Source of the DNA: Octopus sinensis
Taxonomy: Eukaryota
Assembly (NCBI RefSeq): GCF_006345805.1
Contig: NC_043000.1
Location: 149,172,001 to 149,236,000 of the forward strand
Direction of reading: 5' to 3'
Length of the DNA stretch: 64,000 nucleotides
The position numbers and the translations under genes are program-made. Below are positions 62,039 through 64,000 of this stretch, one piece after another. The notes beneath the pieces were generated by a model. It saw only the letters and a list, made by a program, of their open reading frames with translations, did no database searches and was not told the DNA's origin. Each line of letters begins with the position of its first letter. The stretch's first letter is position 1.

Positions 62039-62333
62039 AATGGTTGTATACTGTCAATCTAACGTGACAGTCCTGTAAGGGAATTACACCACCGCTGTTT
62101 AGCCCTAGGAAGCATCGACACTTCCTGATGGCTTCGACACATTTTTTCCCCTGTGTCCTTATATATTTACGAAGGGGAGACAAATACCCCCAGGCCTGGC
62201 TGCTAGGGGTATTTGTCTCCCCTTCGTAAATATATAAACACACAGGAAGCCATCAGGAAGCGTCCATGCTTCCTAGGGCTAAACAGCAGTGGTATAATCC
62301 CCTACTGTCATGTTAAATTGACAGTATACAACC

Positions 62334-62336
<3 letters not shown>
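62039..62336. repeat. About 300-bp fold-back hairpin / MITE
   Basis: AATGGTTGTATACTGTCAAT...GACAAATACCCC / GGGGTATTTGTC...ATTGACAGTATACAACCATT. Confidence 0.75.
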
Positions 62337-62374
<38 letters not shown>

Positions 62375-62699
62375 TCATCATCATCATCATTTAGCGTCCG
62401 TTTTCCATGCTAGCATGGGTTGGACGGTTCTACTGGGGTCTGTGAAGCCAGAAGGCTTCATCAGGCCCAGTCAAATCTGGCAGTGTTTCTACGGCTGGAT
62501 GCCCTTCCTAACGCCAACCACTCCATGAGTGTAGTGGGTGCTTTTTACGTGCCACCCGCACTGGTGCCAGACAGAGCTGGCAAACGGCCACGAACGGATG
62601 GTGCTTTTTATGTGCCACCGGCACGAGGGCCAGGCGAGGCTGGCAACGGACACGAAACGGGGCGGTGCTGGCAACGGTCGATATAAAATGTATTATATA

Positions 62700-64000
62700 T
62701 CATCATCACATCATTGTTTAATGTCCGTTTTCCATGCTGGCATGGCTTGAATGGTTTGACTGGGGACTGGCAAACCAGGAGGTCACACAAGGCTACAATC
62801 TGATCTGGCAATGTTTCTACAGCTGGATGCCCTTCCTAATGCCAACCACTCTAAGAGTGTAGTGGGTGCTTTTTACGTGCCACTGGCACAGGAGCTTGTC
62901 AGATGGGCCTGGCATTGATCACATTCACATAGTGCTTTTTACTTACCAATGGTAGTCATGGGGCACTGGCCACAGCTACGATATTGGATTTACTTGACTC
63001 AACAGGTTTTCTCAAGCATATCATATCGCTCAATGCATCATGGGTACTCTTGACTGGGCCGGACATGCATGTCTGCGTTCTCACTTTAGTTGTCGGGTCT
63101 TCTCAATCACAGCATATCTCCAAAGGTCTCTGTGAGGTCCAATGTTCAAAGGCCATGCTTCACTATCTTATCCCATGTCTTCCTGGGTCTACTTCTTCCA
63201 CAGGTTCCTTAGGGAGTGTACTTCCTCACACAGCTGTCCTCATCCATAATAACACATGGCCATACCAGCACAGTCGTATCTCTTGCACATCACATCTGAT
63301 GCATCTTATGCCCAACTTTTCTCTTAGGGCGCTTACACTGTCATGTATGCACACTGACATTACACATCTAGCAGATCATACTAGATTCATTTCTTTCAAG
63401 CCTACGCATTTCCTCAGCAGTCATGGCCCATGTTTCACTGCTGTGTAGCATGGCAGTTCGCACACATGCATCATACAGTCTACCTTTCATCCTGAGCGAG
63501 AGGCCCTTAGTTGCCAGCAGAGGTAGGAGCTCCCTGAACTTTGCCCTGGCTATTCTTATTCTAGCCGCTACACTCTCAGGGCCACCACCTCCACTCCAGA
63601 CTTGGTCGCCTAGGTAGCGGAAGCTATTTATTACTTCTATTTTCTCCCCCTAGCATGTGATAGAATCTGTTTTCTGTACATCTTCAGTGTTTATTGCCAC
63701 TGTGCATCTGCCACACACAAAACTGTCTTCCCAGTTAACCTTTCTTTGATATTGCTGCACCTTTTATGTGTCTATAGGTTACACCGGTTACACCATATGG
63801 AGTTTCTACCCATGCCTTTTCCACAGATTGAGCAGGGCCATCTACCTGAAGGGGATTGTGATTTGACAGCCTTCCTACTTACTAAGACTGAGGTTTTTAC
63901 TAGGTTAACCCTCAGGCCCTTCAATTTTAGTCCTTGCTTCCACACCCTAAACTTCGTCTCTACTTCTGGCAGTGACTCGGCTATTAGAGCAAGTTCATCA
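62700..64000 (-). mobile_element. Diverged RTE LINE copy of the same superfamily (RT C-end, PHD, 3'UTR)
   Basis: Minus strand reads GRWPCSICGKGMGRNSIWC..C...THKRC and NSFRYLGDQV; degenerate tail at 62700. Confidence 0.9.

Overview
Eukaryotic, AT-rich, extremely repeat-dense genomic DNA. The SINE/LINE/microsatellite make-up suggests a coleoid cephalopod, probably Octopus (inference). There is one host gene: six + strand exons (19308-50272) of a CDK4/6-type cyclin-dependent kinase. All have AG/GT boundaries and compatible phases; their sizes (133,168,110,51,136 nt) match the human CDK4/CDK6 exon pattern. The N-terminal exon(s) were not found and are probably upstream of the window. Everything else is intron or flank, filled with: an RTE-clade LINE family whose ORF2 carries a PHD finger (four coding copies, about 20 tail-only copies); CR1, RTE-BovB-like and Penelope-like (RT and GIY-YIG) fragments; three tRNA-derived SINE families; non-autonomous Helitrons; TTAA MITEs; and a decayed Tc1/mariner transposase. 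The most notable unexplained signal is a set of hammerhead-ribozyme motifs, mostly inside or beside fold-back (inverted) structures and often in or next to (TA)n tracts. These include a complete type I hammerhead in a 189-nt tandem unit (retrozyme-like, 4921-5300) and several minimal hammerheads with covariant cores. Also unusual are a long-TIR element enclosing TTAGGG-like repeats and an 83-aa S/T/N-rich tail on the kinase. Many 1-nt homopolymer deletions in young LINE copies suggest imperfectly polished long-read assembly. Repeat coordinates are approximate (about +/-10 nt); exon and ribozyme coordinates were counted base by base.
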